Positions 1 through 9,421 of a stretch of DNA of 64,000 nt are shown here, one piece after another. The stretch covers positions 4,928 through 68,927 of the forward strand of contig JBEKIG010000013.1 in assembly GCA_050011875.1 (NCBI GenBank). Reading direction: 5' to 3'. The notes beneath the pieces were generated by a model. It worked only from the letters and a program-made list of their open reading frames with translations. It searched no databases and was not told the origin of the DNA. The stretch is from Nitrososphaeria archaeon (lineage in GTDB: Archaea > Thermoproteota > Nitrososphaeria > JACIWG01). The translations under genes were made by a program, and so were the position numbers. How positions within the stretch are numbered: position 1 is the stretch's first letter; each line of letters starts with the position of its first letter.

Positions 1-165
1 TTGACAATGCTTAACAACAATCCCAAATCTGGAAAGGTCAAGACTGGCAATGTAAGTGCGGGCGAAGTAGGAACATGGATTTCCCGCGCAGACGTTGCTG
101 ATTTTATGCTCAAGCAGGTAGAGCACACGGAATACTTGCGGCAAGCACCAGCAATAAGCAATTAG
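1..165 (+). CDS. C-terminal fragment of an NAD(P)H-binding (atypical SDR/NmrA-like) oxidoreductase; the gene begins upstream of the window
   Basis: Frame 1 is open from the window edge to TAG at 163-165. The tail ...GEVGTWISRADVADFMLKQVEHTEYLRQAPAISN resembles C-termini of NAD(P)H-binding SDR-type proteins. Only 54 aa are visible. Confidence 0.35.
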   Translation: MTMLNNNPKSGKVKTGNVSAGEVGTWISRADVADFMLKQVEHTEYLRQAPAISN

Positions 166-397
166 CATTTGATAGATGAGTAAGGAAAGAAGAAGAATGA
201 AGAGTTGGGGTGGAAAAATCAACTCTTGTTAAAGTTGCTGAAACTTCATAGATACCTCTGGGACAAATGAAGATCGTAAAGCTTCCTGAAAAAGAAGTTT
301 TTGAGAAGCCTTCTAGATGGTTTCGGGTTGAAAAAGGAAATGATAGACGAGCTTCTTGACACCAAATACATGCCAAAACCAATGTGATCTAACAATG

Positions 398-425
398 TTG
401 GGGTCTTCTTGCAAATTTAGATAAA
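398..425. repeat. 28-nt segment nearly identical to 15664-15692
   Basis: ttggggtcttcttgca is identical in both copies. It is followed by aatttagataaa here versus tattttagataaa in the other copy (1 mismatch, 1 indel). Both copies sit in intergenic DNA on the same strand. Confidence 0.6.
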
Positions 426-499
426 ATGATTATAGATTATAGGTTTAAATTCAAGTTTAATAGCCACTGGAGGGTATCAATTTCTAAGGCGTATTGAAG

Positions 500-1384
500 A
501 TGCAGGAAGCCTCCTGTCCACCAGACAGCACAAGAAATCTAGGTATAGCTTTGGGCGTGACGGCTGTCTTCTTTGTAATTGAACTTGTAGGCGGTATTCT
601 AACAAACAGCTTAGCGCTGACGACTAACGCATGGCACATGTTGATCGATGTCTTCGGCCTTATCTTCACAATTACCGCTGCATGGATTGCTACAAGGCCT
701 GCTACGATCAGAAAAACTTACGGATATTATCGAGCTGAAATAATTGCAGGCTTCCTGAACGGCATTTTCCTTTGGGGTATCGTTATATTTATCATATTTG
801 AAGCCATTCAACGGATTCAGGAGCCACAACAGGTTAAAAGCCTGAGCATGTTGATTATCTCAATTCTCGGCTTGGGCGCAAATGGCCTCTCCGCTCTGGT
901 TATCTCAAGGACCAAGAGTTCAAGCTTGAATATTAGAGCAGCTTTCTTGCATGTTATGTTTGATGTTTTGGGTTCTGTAGGTGCTATTTCGGCAGGTGTA
1001 GTGATGCTGTTAACAGGTTGGTATCAGGCAGATGCCCTGATAAGCATAATGATTGGCGTCTTGATCTTCTATAGTTCAGGTAAGCTGATCTTTGAATCTC
1101 TTAACGTTCTCCTGGAAGGAGTCCCCAAAGGGGTTGACATAAACTGGCTTGAAAAGAAGATTTCTGAGATGGATGGTGTGATTAGTGTGCACGATCTCCA
1201 TGTCTGGTGTATTGCTCCGAACAAAACATGCTGTTTAAGCTGCCACATTATTGTAAACCAAAACGTGGACAGAAAGCGTTTAATTTCAGATCTGATTAAT
1301 GAATTGAAGAAAGACTTTGGGATAGATCATACTACCTTCCAGCTTGAAGATGAAAACTATCCGAAAGCCGCTAACGAACACTGA
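500..1384 (+). CDS. cation diffusion facilitator (CDF) family divalent-metal efflux transporter
   Basis: Six predicted TM helices. CDF signatures HMLIDVFGL and HVMFDVLGSVG are present, plus a C-terminal cytoplasmic domain with HDLHVW. ATG at 500 is preferred over the TTG at 494 given in the ORF track. Confidence 0.9.
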   Translation: MQEASCPPDSTRNLGIALGVTAVFFVIELVGGILTNSLALTTNAWHMLIDVFGLIFTITAAWIATRPATIRKTYGYYRAEIIAGFLNGIFLWGIVIFIIFEAIQRIQEPQQVKSLSMLIISILGLGANGLSALVISRTKSSSLNIRAAFLHVMFDVLGSVGAISAGVVMLLTGWYQADALISIMIGVLIFYSSGKLIFESLNVLLEGVPKGVDINWLEKKISEMDGVISVHDLHVWCIAPNKTCCLSCHIIVNQNVDRKRLISDLINELKKDFGIDHTTFQLEDENYPKAANEH

Positions 1385-1576
1385 TAAGGGATTGAGATAG
1401 GAATTTAGAATAGAAAAAATTTTAATGCCTCACTATTTACAGGTACTGATTTTGGGTCTAGACCAACTATGATTCCAATTCAATGTTCTATCTTATTTAT
1501 CCAAAATAGGTATATCTGAATAAAAGATTAAAACCTTTAAGTCTGCTTAACATCCAAACAATATAAGAGAAAGAAT

Positions 1577-2275
1577 ATGTCGAAACAAAACAGTCTCCAT
1601 GTTTTTTCCGCTGGTGCAGTAGCACCCCCCATAAAGAAATGTGCTGCAGAGTTCAAAGCGACATCTGGAACAGAATTTGAGTTTACTGTCGGAAAAGCTG
1701 AAGACCTCATAGAAGAAATCACAGAAACTAAAGAGGGCGACTTGCTGACTTGCGGTTCAGAATACATACTTGACCACGCACAGTTGAAGGGTTTAGTTCT
1801 TAAAGAAACAAGAAGAAGCCTTGGCTCAAGAACGTCTGCTATTCTTGTGCAAACAGGAAATCGGAAAAAGATAAAGTCAATATCTGATTTGGCAAAAGAA
1901 GGAATGCGTGTTGGCGTTTCTGTAGGCGGCTGCTTGACGGGAGTCTGGGATGATTTAGCAACTAAAGCGGGATTCGTCGAGCAAGTCAGAAAGAATACCG
2001 TTGCTTATGCGGATGGATGCGGGGAACTAATGTCTTATATCAACAAGAAGAAAGTGGATGCAATCTTGGGTTGGGATGCCTTCAAGAACTTGAACATGCA
2101 AACCATGGATATTATAGAGTTGCCAAAAGACCTTCAAGTGCAAAGAAGCACAGCGATAGGTGTAATAACCTTCTCCAAGAACAAGGAATTAGCCACGAAA
2201 TTCATTAACTTTCTAGTATCCGAAAAAGGCAAAAAGATTTACGAAGAATATGGATGGCATCACATATCACTTTGA
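1577..2275 (+). CDS. ModA/WtpA-like periplasmic-binding-fold protein lacking a signal peptide
   Basis: 232 aa. The N-terminus LHVFSAGAVAPPIKK..., the later ILGWDAF, and the overall length and pattern fit molybdate/tungstate-type binding proteins. No hydrophobic N-terminal segment is present. Confidence 0.5.
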   Translation: MSKQNSLHVFSAGAVAPPIKKCAAEFKATSGTEFEFTVGKAEDLIEEITETKEGDLLTCGSEYILDHAQLKGLVLKETRRSLGSRTSAILVQTGNRKKIKSISDLAKEGMRVGVSVGGCLTGVWDDLATKAGFVEQVRKNTVAYADGCGELMSYINKKKVDAILGWDAFKNLNMQTMDIIELPKDLQVQRSTAIGVITFSKNKELATKFINFLVSEKGKKIYEEYGWHHISL

Positions 2276-2361
2276 TAAATTGCTTTCTATGCAAAATAAG
2301 TTTAGTAAAAACAAATCGCTGATCTACACTCTAAACTATTCATCGTATTGGCTTAGCACTA

Positions 2362-3466
2362 TAATAGACCTTGTTGTGTCTTGAGAACTACGATTGATCA
2401 TTTGTGCCCTGCGATCGGTTTTGGCAAGTATGGTTCTTCCATGTAGGCGATGTCTTTTTCGGAGAGACCGACTTCTATCGATTCGACAGCCTCTTGCACG
2501 TGCTCGGGCTTCGAAGTCCCTATGATAGGCGCTGTGGCCCCCTTCTTGAACAGCCATGCCAACGCGATCTGAACCGGCTTCACCCCATTGTCCTGCGCTA
2601 CTTCAGTAACCCTTCTGACGATTTCAGAGTTTTCAGGAGGTTCGACGTAAGGTTTATAGACTAAACCGGCAAGTTTAGAGTCCGGTTGAAGCCTCGTCAT
2701 ATCGTTCCTACCGATCTCAATTCTTCCACCTTTCATATAGCGTCCAGACAGCAGGCCGACTGCGGTGGGATTGTAAGGTATTATTCCTATCTTCTGGTCT
2801 TTACATAGAGGCACCATCTCTCTTTCCTCCTCCCTGTACAGCAGGTTCCACTTGTCCTGCATGCTTGTAAATTTCTCATAACCCTTGATTTCACTCGCAT
2901 ACAAAGCCTTAGAAAACTGCCAAGCCCACATACTAGAACCCCCAATATAACGGACTAAACCACCTCTAACAAGATCGTTTAATGTTGAAAGTGTTTCATC
3001 AATAGATGTTTCATAGTCCCACCTATGCGTCTGGTAGAGGTCAATATAATCCGTCTTGAGCCTCCTCAGAGAACCCTTCACCTGTCCCATTATGTGCTTA
3101 CGTGAGAGACCCCTCTGGTTCGGCTTCTCCCCCATCGGGTTGAAGACCTTTGTAGCAATTATTACATCCTCTCGCACGTCTTTGAGAAGTTCTCCCGTGA
3201 TCTCCTCAGACCTGCCTAAGGAGTAGACGTTCGCCGTGTCGAAGAAGTTGACCCCCAAGTCAAGCGCTTTGCTTACAACCTTCCTCGCATCATCTAATTC
3301 GACCATCCATGGCTCAGCGTTTCCAAAATGCCAGCATCCAATCGCAATCGGGGACACTTTCAATCCTGACCAGCCTAATCTAACATACTTCATATCGTTC
3401 AACAAGCATGTCAACTTTGTTCTTCCTTAAAAGAATTAGCTGAACTTCTATGGTACAACTGAGAGT
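2362..3466. repeat. copy 1 of a ~1.1-kb direct segmental duplication (AKR gene plus both flanks)
   Basis: Nucleotide similarity to 16369-17476 extends about 37 nt past the stop (taatagaccttg.t.tgtcttgagaact.cgattgatca). It also extends about 70 nt upstream of the start (gttctt.cttaaaag.a.t.gctgaactt...caactgaga). Confidence 0.85.
2398..3393 (-). CDS. aldo/keto reductase family oxidoreductase (paralog 1)
   Basis: 331 aa from the ATG at 3393 (MKYVRLGWSGLKVSPIAIG...). AKR hallmarks are FFDTANVY, DYIDLYQTHRWD and GIIPYNP. The ORF-track start at 3414 adds 7 residues that are not conserved in the paralog. Confidence 0.9.
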   Translation of the reverse strand: MKYVRLGWSGLKVSPIAIGCWHFGNAEPWMVELDDARKVVSKALDLGVNFFDTANVYSLGRSEEITGELLKDVREDVIIATKVFNPMGEKPNQRGLSRKHIMGQVKGSLRRLKTDYIDLYQTHRWDYETSIDETLSTLNDLVRGGLVRYIGGSSMWAWQFSKALYASEIKGYEKFTSMQDKWNLLYREEEREMVPLCKDQKIGIIPYNPTAVGLLSGRYMKGGRIEIGRNDMTRLQPDSKLAGLVYKPYVEPPENSEIVRRVTEVAQDNGVKPVQIALAWLFKKGATAPIIGTSKPEHVQEAVESIEVGLSEKDIAYMEEPYLPKPIAGHK

Positions 3467-3709
3467 CTTAAAATCGTCATAGCTGATCACATATTATGCT
3501 CATGCTCCAAAACTGAAGCCCTTCGATAAATCCTCCAAACGGAACTTGGCTGAAATTTTCAACATATTATACAATTTTCAACAATAATAAATGGGGGAAC
3601 TATTCTCTCTTCATATCCTTGATAAAAGTAAGATCATGTCTTTTGAAATAGACTCTAGCACCTTCGACCATTGGACAACACCGCCAGAGTTGGCGATAGA
3701 ATAAAAAAT

Positions 3710-3940
3710 TTAATGAAGTCTTTTTCTCCTCAAAATGTAATAACCAAAGAGAAAGATAGCATAAATAACAGAGATTAAAAAAACGAGAATTGGAATAACA
3801 CCCTTGAGAAATAAAGAAATAAAGAGAAAAGCGGAAAGAACATAAGCAAGATACTTACACCAATCTGGAAAAATCTTTTCAGACATTATAATACATTTGA
3901 TGCATAGTAAAATAGTCATTAAAACCTTTCCAAATAACAA
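3710..3940 (-). CDS. small hydrophobic membrane protein, hypothetical
   Basis: 76-aa ORF with two or three hydrophobic helices. No recognisable family. Confidence 0.35.
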   Translation of the reverse strand: MLFGKVLMTILLCIKCIIMSEKIFPDWCKYLAYVLSAFLFISLFLKGVIPILVFLISVIYAIFLFGYYILRRKRLH

Positions 3941-4086
3941 AAAAAGTACTAGAGATAATAGAATAACATTTTATTTTACGTTATCATAAAACAGTAAGTT
4001 AGCTCTAAAAAATATGATAGTGGCTAGTTGTGAAGATTACATACTCTTATGAGTGAGAAGGTTCTTTCTAATACATAAGTGATAAA

Positions 4087-4353
4087 ATGATCTTTATCAG
4101 TTTAATGAAGTTCAGGCAGAAGCCTACAAAGGAATTGATTGCTGAAAACGCGAAGCTCTTTGAAAAAGATAAGAAAGAAGGAGTGAAGTTTCTTGGAATA
4201 TATTATACACTAGGCAGATACGACGCAGTCGGCATAATTGAAGCACCTGATGAAAAAACAGCTATGAAAGCCGCACTCAGAAGAGGAGGAATGTTCGCAG
4301 CTGAGACGCTCGTCGCAGTACCAGCTGAAGAAGCTAGAAAACTCGTCGAATAA
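4087..4353 (+). CDS. GYD domain protein
   Basis: 88 aa with the characteristic ...LGRYDAVGIIEAPDEKTAMKAAL... core of the GYD family. Confidence 0.75.
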   Translation: MIFISLMKFRQKPTKELIAENAKLFEKDKKEGVKFLGIYYTLGRYDAVGIIEAPDEKTAMKAALRRGGMFAAETLVAVPAEEARKLVE

Positions 4354-4773
4354 GCAAGACACACCTTCCCAACATTTTTTTTGATATATTATAACGCATA
4401 GGACATTTGAGTTAGTTTATTCCTAGCCTTTTCTGTTGAAGTTCTTTAACTATCTTCTCTATCTCTGAAACCTTAGAAATCTCCTTTTCAACTTCACTTA
4501 AGCGGTTTTTATGCTGATATTCTCATTTCTTAAACTAATATTTTCAGTAGCATGATATTTGATATCATATATGACCCTATAATTGTAATTGTCATAACCA
4601 ACCTCGAACAAAGTCTTAATAAAACAGAAATCTCAGGAACTTCAAGACGCTTTAAAAGATTTGGAAGAAAACTCCATTCGTAGTGTGTTTAGAAATCTCT
4701 CTAAGGATAATGCTCTCTAATCAGAATGATTTTTAAGGCGCCAATACCAAGAAGGTTCACCGCAGTTTGGCAT

Positions 4774-5109
4774 TTAACGTTGTCTGTAGATACGTTTTGA
4801 TCTTTTTTGTCGACTTTTCTGTTGTACTTTAGTCCGAGGCTTTGGGATCTTCTTCTTAAGAGTCGGAGTTAATTCAAGAAGCTGTTGAAGGCTGATCTCC
4901 TGACCTGTCAGTGAGATAGCATATGCATCTTTGGCTTCGACCACTAATAAGGCCCAGGGGGTGACCATGGCTCCGAAAAGGCCCCTTTTCTCTCCCCCTG
5001 TCAGATTGTAGACTAAAACTACAGGGTAGAGAATTCTTCGCCCTATCTTGAGCTCTTCACCTATCATTATTTTCGTTTGATAGCCTATTTCAAACCCCTT
5101 ATTCTTCAT
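4774..5109 (-). CDS. divergent GerW/YtfJ-like protein with a strongly basic C-terminal tail
   Basis: IGEELKIGRRILYPVVLVYNLTGGE...GAMVTPWALLVVE follows the GerW pattern but lacks the Gly-rich loop. The start overlaps the stop of 5106-5678 (ATGA). Confidence 0.45.
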   Translation of the reverse strand: MKNKGFEIGYQTKIMIGEELKIGRRILYPVVLVYNLTGGEKRGLFGAMVTPWALLVVEAKDAYAISLTGQEISLQQLLELTPTLKKKIPKPRTKVQQKSRQKRSKRIYRQR

Positions 5110-5678
5110 GTTCTCATCTTTCTAATTTCTCTGAACAGTCTTCTAAAGGGCTTCTTAGTGTAGGCTACTAAAAAGGCTAGGACAATACGTAGCAATCTCA
5201 CATTTGCCTTGGCTAATATTTCGCCATCGAACCTTGTTTCTTGGAAGTCCGGCTCCAATGTAAAAGATAACCTCGAATCAACATCCAGTATAGAAAATAG
5301 AGCCCACATGTAACCATATAAAACCGCTGTGTCAGCTGGGCTGTCTAAACCGACCTTCAGGTGACAGGAGAGCATCTTAAATGTAATGGATTTTCGTACA
5401 GCATTAAATAAATGAGTTAGTTGTGGAAATGAATCCCGTAAAGCTGAAATAACATCCAAAATTTTGGGTCTCTCAAACTTTGCGGCCACCTTCTTCCTTT
5501 CCGCAGTAGGCACAATCCTATGAATCATTGTAAGACGTAACCACTTAACTTTAAAGTCGCCCTTTATAGAAGGACCTTTTTTAGAGAATTGTACGATAAC
5601 CTGTAATGGTATAAGTAGAAAGCCTGCTATCAGTAGAAAAAAAATAAGTAGGATGACGGCGAGAACTTCGTAGATCAA
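5106..5678 (-). CDS. DUF2953 (YtfI-like) N-terminally anchored protein
   Basis: 190 aa with an N-terminal TM helix. It is placed directly after a GerW/YtfJ gene, as in the Bacillus ytfI-ytfJ pair. The family call comes from gene order and architecture. Confidence 0.5.
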   Translation of the reverse strand: MIYEVLAVILLIFFLLIAGFLLIPLQVIVQFSKKGPSIKGDFKVKWLRLTMIHRIVPTAERKKVAAKFERPKILDVISALRDSFPQLTHLFNAVRKSITFKMLSCHLKVGLDSPADTAVLYGYMWALFSILDVDSRLSFTLEPDFQETRFDGEILAKANVRLLRIVLAFLVAYTKKPFRRLFREIRKMRT

Positions 5679-5698
5679 ATAGACCTATCTTTAATTCT

Positions 5699-6082
5699 TC
5701 ACTCTTTCTTATGTTCCTCTTCTTTTTTGCTTTCTTTCATTTTATCCATCATTGAAGTTGCGATTTCGCCTATCATCTTTCCGATCGGCCCTGGAGTTGA
5801 AATGTTCATGACTTTTATTCCTTCAGGTCCTGGGACTCCCTTGAATATGACTATTATTGAGGTGGGCACAACTCCTGTTCCTCCTCCTCCGCCACTTCCT
5901 TTACCACCTTCACCACGTTCCCCTTTTCCTTCACCCGATCCTGCGCCAAATCCAACTCCGAACTTCTTTAATGGAATAATTATCTTGTCCTCGAATTCCA
6001 TTGGTTCGCCAACTACATTTTTTGTAGCTAACAGTTTAAGAAGTTCTTCGACCATCGTCTTTATGTTTTCTTCTGCGCTCAT
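5699..6082 (-). CDS. GerW/YtfJ family protein
   Basis: VGEPMEFEDKIIIPLKKFGVGFGAGSGEGKG...GGGGGTGVVPTSIIVI is the canonical GerW (Spore_YtfJ) pattern. Confidence 0.75.
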   Translation of the reverse strand: MSAEENIKTMVEELLKLLATKNVVGEPMEFEDKIIIPLKKFGVGFGAGSGEGKGERGEGGKGSGGGGGTGVVPTSIIVIFKGVPGPEGIKVMNISTPGPIGKMIGEIATSMMDKMKESKKEEEHKKE

Positions 6083-6178
6083 AGAAATCTTAATTTATTA
6101 GAATGTTGGCTTTTATTTAAGTATTGCAAAATAGCTTCCAGTAACTCTCCGAACTCTGCGTCATCAAGAATATCACAA

Positions 6179-6994
6179 CTATCTCTTTTGGTGTGTAAGG
6201 CCTACAACTTTGGCAGAGAGCTTCCATACCACTTTGGTTATGAATTGTCTGTCGTTCGTTTCAAAATGAGCGAAGGAATCGGAGTCGCAGTGACCCAAAG
6301 ACAAGCCGATATTATCACCGTCACGACGATCAAAACGAAATGCATCGACAGAATTAGCCACCCTAACAACAAAGGTCGACAGAATAGTGAGGGGGGCTCG
6401 AAAGTATTTAAAGTTCCAAAATGACAAATAGAGAATGCCATAAAGAATATAAAGCTCGGGATAAGTAGCCCAAAAAACAATTATTCTCTGTTCGCCTGCT
6501 AAGGCAGCATAATCATATGGATAATACGTCAAAAAATATATCCACCAAGAAACCACAAGAATTGAAGCAATTAAAGTACGCCGATTAAAGCTTAAAAATT
6601 TCCCCAAGCCATATGTTTTGAAAATCCATAGTAAAATTAATGAAAGTAAAATCAAACGCCAAAGTAAGCCGAACCAATATGTTAGCCAACTCCAAGACGG
6701 AGCATTACCAGTTATCATAGAGGGGTGGGTTGCAACTTCTACAACTTGGAAAATATAATCAAAATACTGATGAAAAGTATATACAATTAATGCACTTACT
6801 ATTAGGTTCAAAAAGACCAAAGAGACGACTACTAGCGTCTTCTTACTTGAATTTTTAAATGGATTGATTCTCGGTAAAAAAGCATAGGTTATAAAGGTTA
6901 AGCAAACTAACCATAGGAAGCCTACTATGTTTGCTCTCTTTCCGTATAACTGGATGAAGGGAATTGTATTATAGAGCCAAAGAATGATATTCAA
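6179..6994 (-). CDS. polytopic membrane protein with ~70-aa soluble C-terminus, hypothetical
   Basis: 271-aa ORF with about 7 hydrophobic helices rich in W, Y and F. No family recognised. Confidence 0.5.
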   Translation of the reverse strand: MNIILWLYNTIPFIQLYGKRANIVGFLWLVCLTFITYAFLPRINPFKNSSKKTLVVVSLVFLNLIVSALIVYTFHQYFDYIFQVVEVATHPSMITGNAPSWSWLTYWFGLLWRLILLSLILLWIFKTYGLGKFLSFNRRTLIASILVVSWWIYFLTYYPYDYAALAGEQRIIVFWATYPELYILYGILYLSFWNFKYFRAPLTILSTFVVRVANSVDAFRFDRRDGDNIGLSLGHCDSDSFAHFETNDRQFITKVVWKLSAKVVGLTHQKR

Positions 6995-7526
6995 TTCAAA
7001 TCATCCTATCGGTGCAGTTTCATATTAATTGCTATTTAATGGTTAGCAACACTAGTAGAGCCGAATGTTCAAGGGTTACCTCTCCGTCGGATTTGGTCTA
7101 TTCACAGTTCTGTTCACCGTCGACCTTCGAGGAACGATTTTTTAGCCCAGAATCATGCGAAAGTGGGAAAGTAAAGCCTCAGCAGATTTTTGAAAATACC
7201 ATAGCTGCGCTTTTTGCTATGGGAGGTTACTCGGTTGTACGACTTAACGGAGACGAACAATTACATAATTCGAAGACAAAGACTGAGATTGGAAGCGTCG
7301 ATCTGCCGGCACTAAAATATTAAATGTTCTTTTTGATTTCTCCTTATTTGGTATCTGCACCTATGTGCTAACCCCCACCGGGTTCACTTAGATTGATTAT
7401 CTGCATTATCTTTCTACAATCTGCATACTAAACTTCCACAGTCGTACCTGCGTCTTCTTGTGATAGGTTATCCATGCAAATGAAACCCAAAAATAAATGT
7501 TAACTTAGCTTAGGGACAGAGACTAT

Positions 7527-7640
7527 GTGAAAACTAGTTTCAATTTCAGAAAATTGCTAAGTTTACGGCTATTATGTAGGGTGTCAGGACGTATTTTTAG
7601 ATATAAGACGCAATTTCTAAAACTAAATTTGAGTTTTCAC
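7527..7640. repeat. imperfect 31-nt inverted repeat flanking a 52-nt core
   Basis: The left arm is gtgaaaactagtttcaatttcagaaaattgc (7527-7557). The right arm is gcaatttctaaaactaaatttgagttttcac (7610-7640). The outer 9 bp and the inner ~9 bp pair well, but the middle blocks are permuted. Confidence 0.4.
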
Positions 7641-7816
7641 ACACTCTCGACAAGCCAGCGCGCAGTTCTGAACCGAGAGGTAGCAGAAAATATCAGAAGG
7701 CCAAATAAAGCTGTCTCACCAACATTCTTCAAACATAATAAAGGGACAAGGCAGCAAAGAAAAAGCATAAAAAGCTTTTATACTAAAAAAGACGATAAAA
7801 AATAGAGAAAAAAACG

Positions 7817-8473
7817 ATGACTCTAGAATCAAATAAAACCTTAGGCGGCATAGGTGCAATACTGTTGTTCATCGGACTTGTACCGTATGGTGAACCATTT
7901 ACAGCAATAATTGCACTTGTGGGTTTGATACTGGTTTTAGTTGCTCTAGATGGTTTTGCAAACATCTACAAGGAAAGAGGAATATTCAACAATTCCATAT
8001 ACGGAATAATCGCAGGCATAGTGGGCGCAGTAATTGCAGGCGTTGTGGCTGTTGTTGTAGTTTTAACCACGCTAAAAAATTTCCTATACCAAATCTTTCC
8101 AGGCTGGAATGGCGACTGGTTAAAGCTTCCAGGATTAACCCCGAACACTTCGAACATAACCGTAAGTGCTGTCTTGCCTTTACTAGAAGGACTACTTTTA
8201 GCATTTGTTGTCCTGTGGATTTTCATAATAATTGTAGCTTTCTTTGTCAGACGATCACTAAACATTCTTTCAGCAAAAACAGGCGTAGGTTTATTCTCAA
8301 CTGCAGCACTGCTGCTATTCATTGGCGCAATTCTAACAATAATTCTCTTAGGCATCCTTCTAATGTGGATCGCTGTAATATTAATTGCAATTGCCTTTTT
8401 CCAAATAAAACCGCAACCAGAACAGCCTGTAACAACAATGACACCTCAACCCTCAACGCCGACAACGGTGTAA
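7817..8473 (+). CDS. DUF996-like polytopic membrane protein
   Basis: The N-terminus ...NKTLGGIGAILLFIG... and a 5-6 TM layout are typical of archaeal DUF996 proteins. The C-terminal tail is Pro/Thr-rich. Confidence 0.6.
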   Translation: MTLESNKTLGGIGAILLFIGLVPYGEPFTAIIALVGLILVLVALDGFANIYKERGIFNNSIYGIIAGIVGAVIAGVVAVVVVLTTLKNFLYQIFPGWNGDWLKLPGLTPNTSNITVSAVLPLLEGLLLAFVVLWIFIIIVAFFVRRSLNILSAKTGVGLFSTAALLLFIGAILTIILLGILLMWIAVILIAIAFFQIKPQPEQPVTTMTPQPSTPTTV

Positions 8474-8643
8474 AAGCCAACAAACAACTTTTTTTATTTT
8501 GCGTTCTTACAGCAAATGCGATTGCATAGCAATATAGCTCATAAATCTATCCATATATTAAAAAACATGGTGATATTTTAGTGTAAACAAATTCTTGAAG
8601 CTAAAAAAATGGGAACTCATCTTTGGAACAGGCAAGATAAGTC

Positions 8644-9417
8644 TTATTGTGTACCAACTACGTTGACCGTTGTCTTTATCGTAAGGTTTTCGCCTGTAAC
8701 TCCGATTATTAGTGTGTACGTTCCAGGTGTTATGTTTACGTTAAAATGTGTGTCTGTTGCTGCTTGCCAGTAGAGAGTACCTATCTGTCCCTGAAGACCA
8801 GGCTGAGGCGTTTGGGTCGAGTGCCCAAGCTGATACGCTAACCCCTTGACCTGCTGGTTTTGGGAATTAAAAACATCCAACTCCACGTACGAGGCGTTGA
8901 CCTCCTGTGCCCCTGTCAGATTGAAGCGTACCCCAAGGTAACCGTTAGGATTCACAGACGTACCTGAAAGTGTAACCTCCAGTTTCAGCCCTGAGGTTTC
9001 GTTGGTCAGCGTTGGACCGAGGAACTCGGCGGGTGGCGAAGTTGTAGTGGTCGTCGAAGTAGTCGTGGATGAAGGGGTTGGAGTTGAGCCGTAAACATAG
9101 GGCAGAACCATTACGGTTGCTATCACGAGAACCGCCAGTACTATTACGACCGTGAGAATTATTGCATTTTTTGAGTTTTTCTTGTTACCAATAAGAACAA
9201 ACTCGTAAGCGGACAGGGAGCCGAAGGTTAGAGTAAGCACTACAAAAGTAGCCAACAACACGTTTAGATTTATAGGGGACATAATGCTTGGGTTCTTTAT
9301 ACTTGGGTTCTTTAGGTGTTGAATTAGAGAGAATTCAGAGAATGATATGGAGTCGAATATTATCGTCAACACTGCAAAGGTCACCAACAACATGTTTCTT
9401 GTCTTCGAAGATGGCAT
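8644..9417 (-). CDS. membrane-anchored surface protein with Thr-rich linker and C-terminal beta-rich domain
   Basis: 257 aa with three N-terminal hydrophobic segments, a TPTPSSTTTSTTTTTSPP linker and a beta-strand-like C-terminal half. The start lies 4 nt after the stop of regulator 9422-9844, suggesting co-transcription. It contains a 15-nt tandem duplication (9287-9316, IKNPSIKNPS). Confidence 0.6.
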   Translation of the reverse strand: MPSSKTRNMLLVTFAVLTIIFDSISFSEFSLIQHLKNPSIKNPSIMSPINLNVLLATFVVLTLTFGSLSAYEFVLIGNKKNSKNAIILTVVIVLAVLVIATVMVLPYVYGSTPTPSSTTTSTTTTTSPPAEFLGPTLTNETSGLKLEVTLSGTSVNPNGYLGVRFNLTGAQEVNASYVELDVFNSQNQQVKGLAYQLGHSTQTPQPGLQGQIGTLYWQAATDTHFNVNITPGTYTLIIGVTGENLTIKTTVNVVGTQ

Positions 9418-9421
9418 TATC

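Noticed and set aside
110-382. 90-aa minus-strand ORF at the window start
   Set aside because: It has a TTG start, odd composition and no family resemblance. It lies in the stretch that follows the shared 28-mer and looks like degenerate IS-relic DNA. It overlaps the C-terminal tail of the plus-strand oxidoreductase fragment. I treat it as non-coding or a relic.
2336-2557. Conserved pair of antisense ORFs (2336-2557 and 16319-16564, both starting MAVQEGGHSAYHRDFEARARA...)
   Set aside because: Their conservation follows simply from lying antisense within the duplicated AKR genes. The Arg/His-rich composition is typical of antisense frames.
4400-4620. Minus-strand coiled-coil-like reading frames (…NENISIK / …LSEVEKEISKVSEIEKIVKELQQKRLGIN) split by a frame change at an A5 run
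   Set aside because: No family was recognised and neither piece has a convincing start. It may be a decayed gene, but it cannot be supported.
5727-6101. 124-aa Pro-rich plus-strand ORF
   Set aside because: It is the antisense shadow of the Gly-rich loop of the GerW gene (GGN codons read as NCC).
7012-7323. 103-aa ORF whose ...KPQQIFENTIAALFAMGGYSVVRLNG...IGSVDLPA segment recalls the FE..v..ll...Gy.v....DgGiD core of Mrr-type restriction endonucleases
   Set aside because: The similarity covers only about 35 residues. There is no credible start and the ORF ends before the catalytic (Q/E)xK region. It may be another gene relic, but the evidence is too thin to call.
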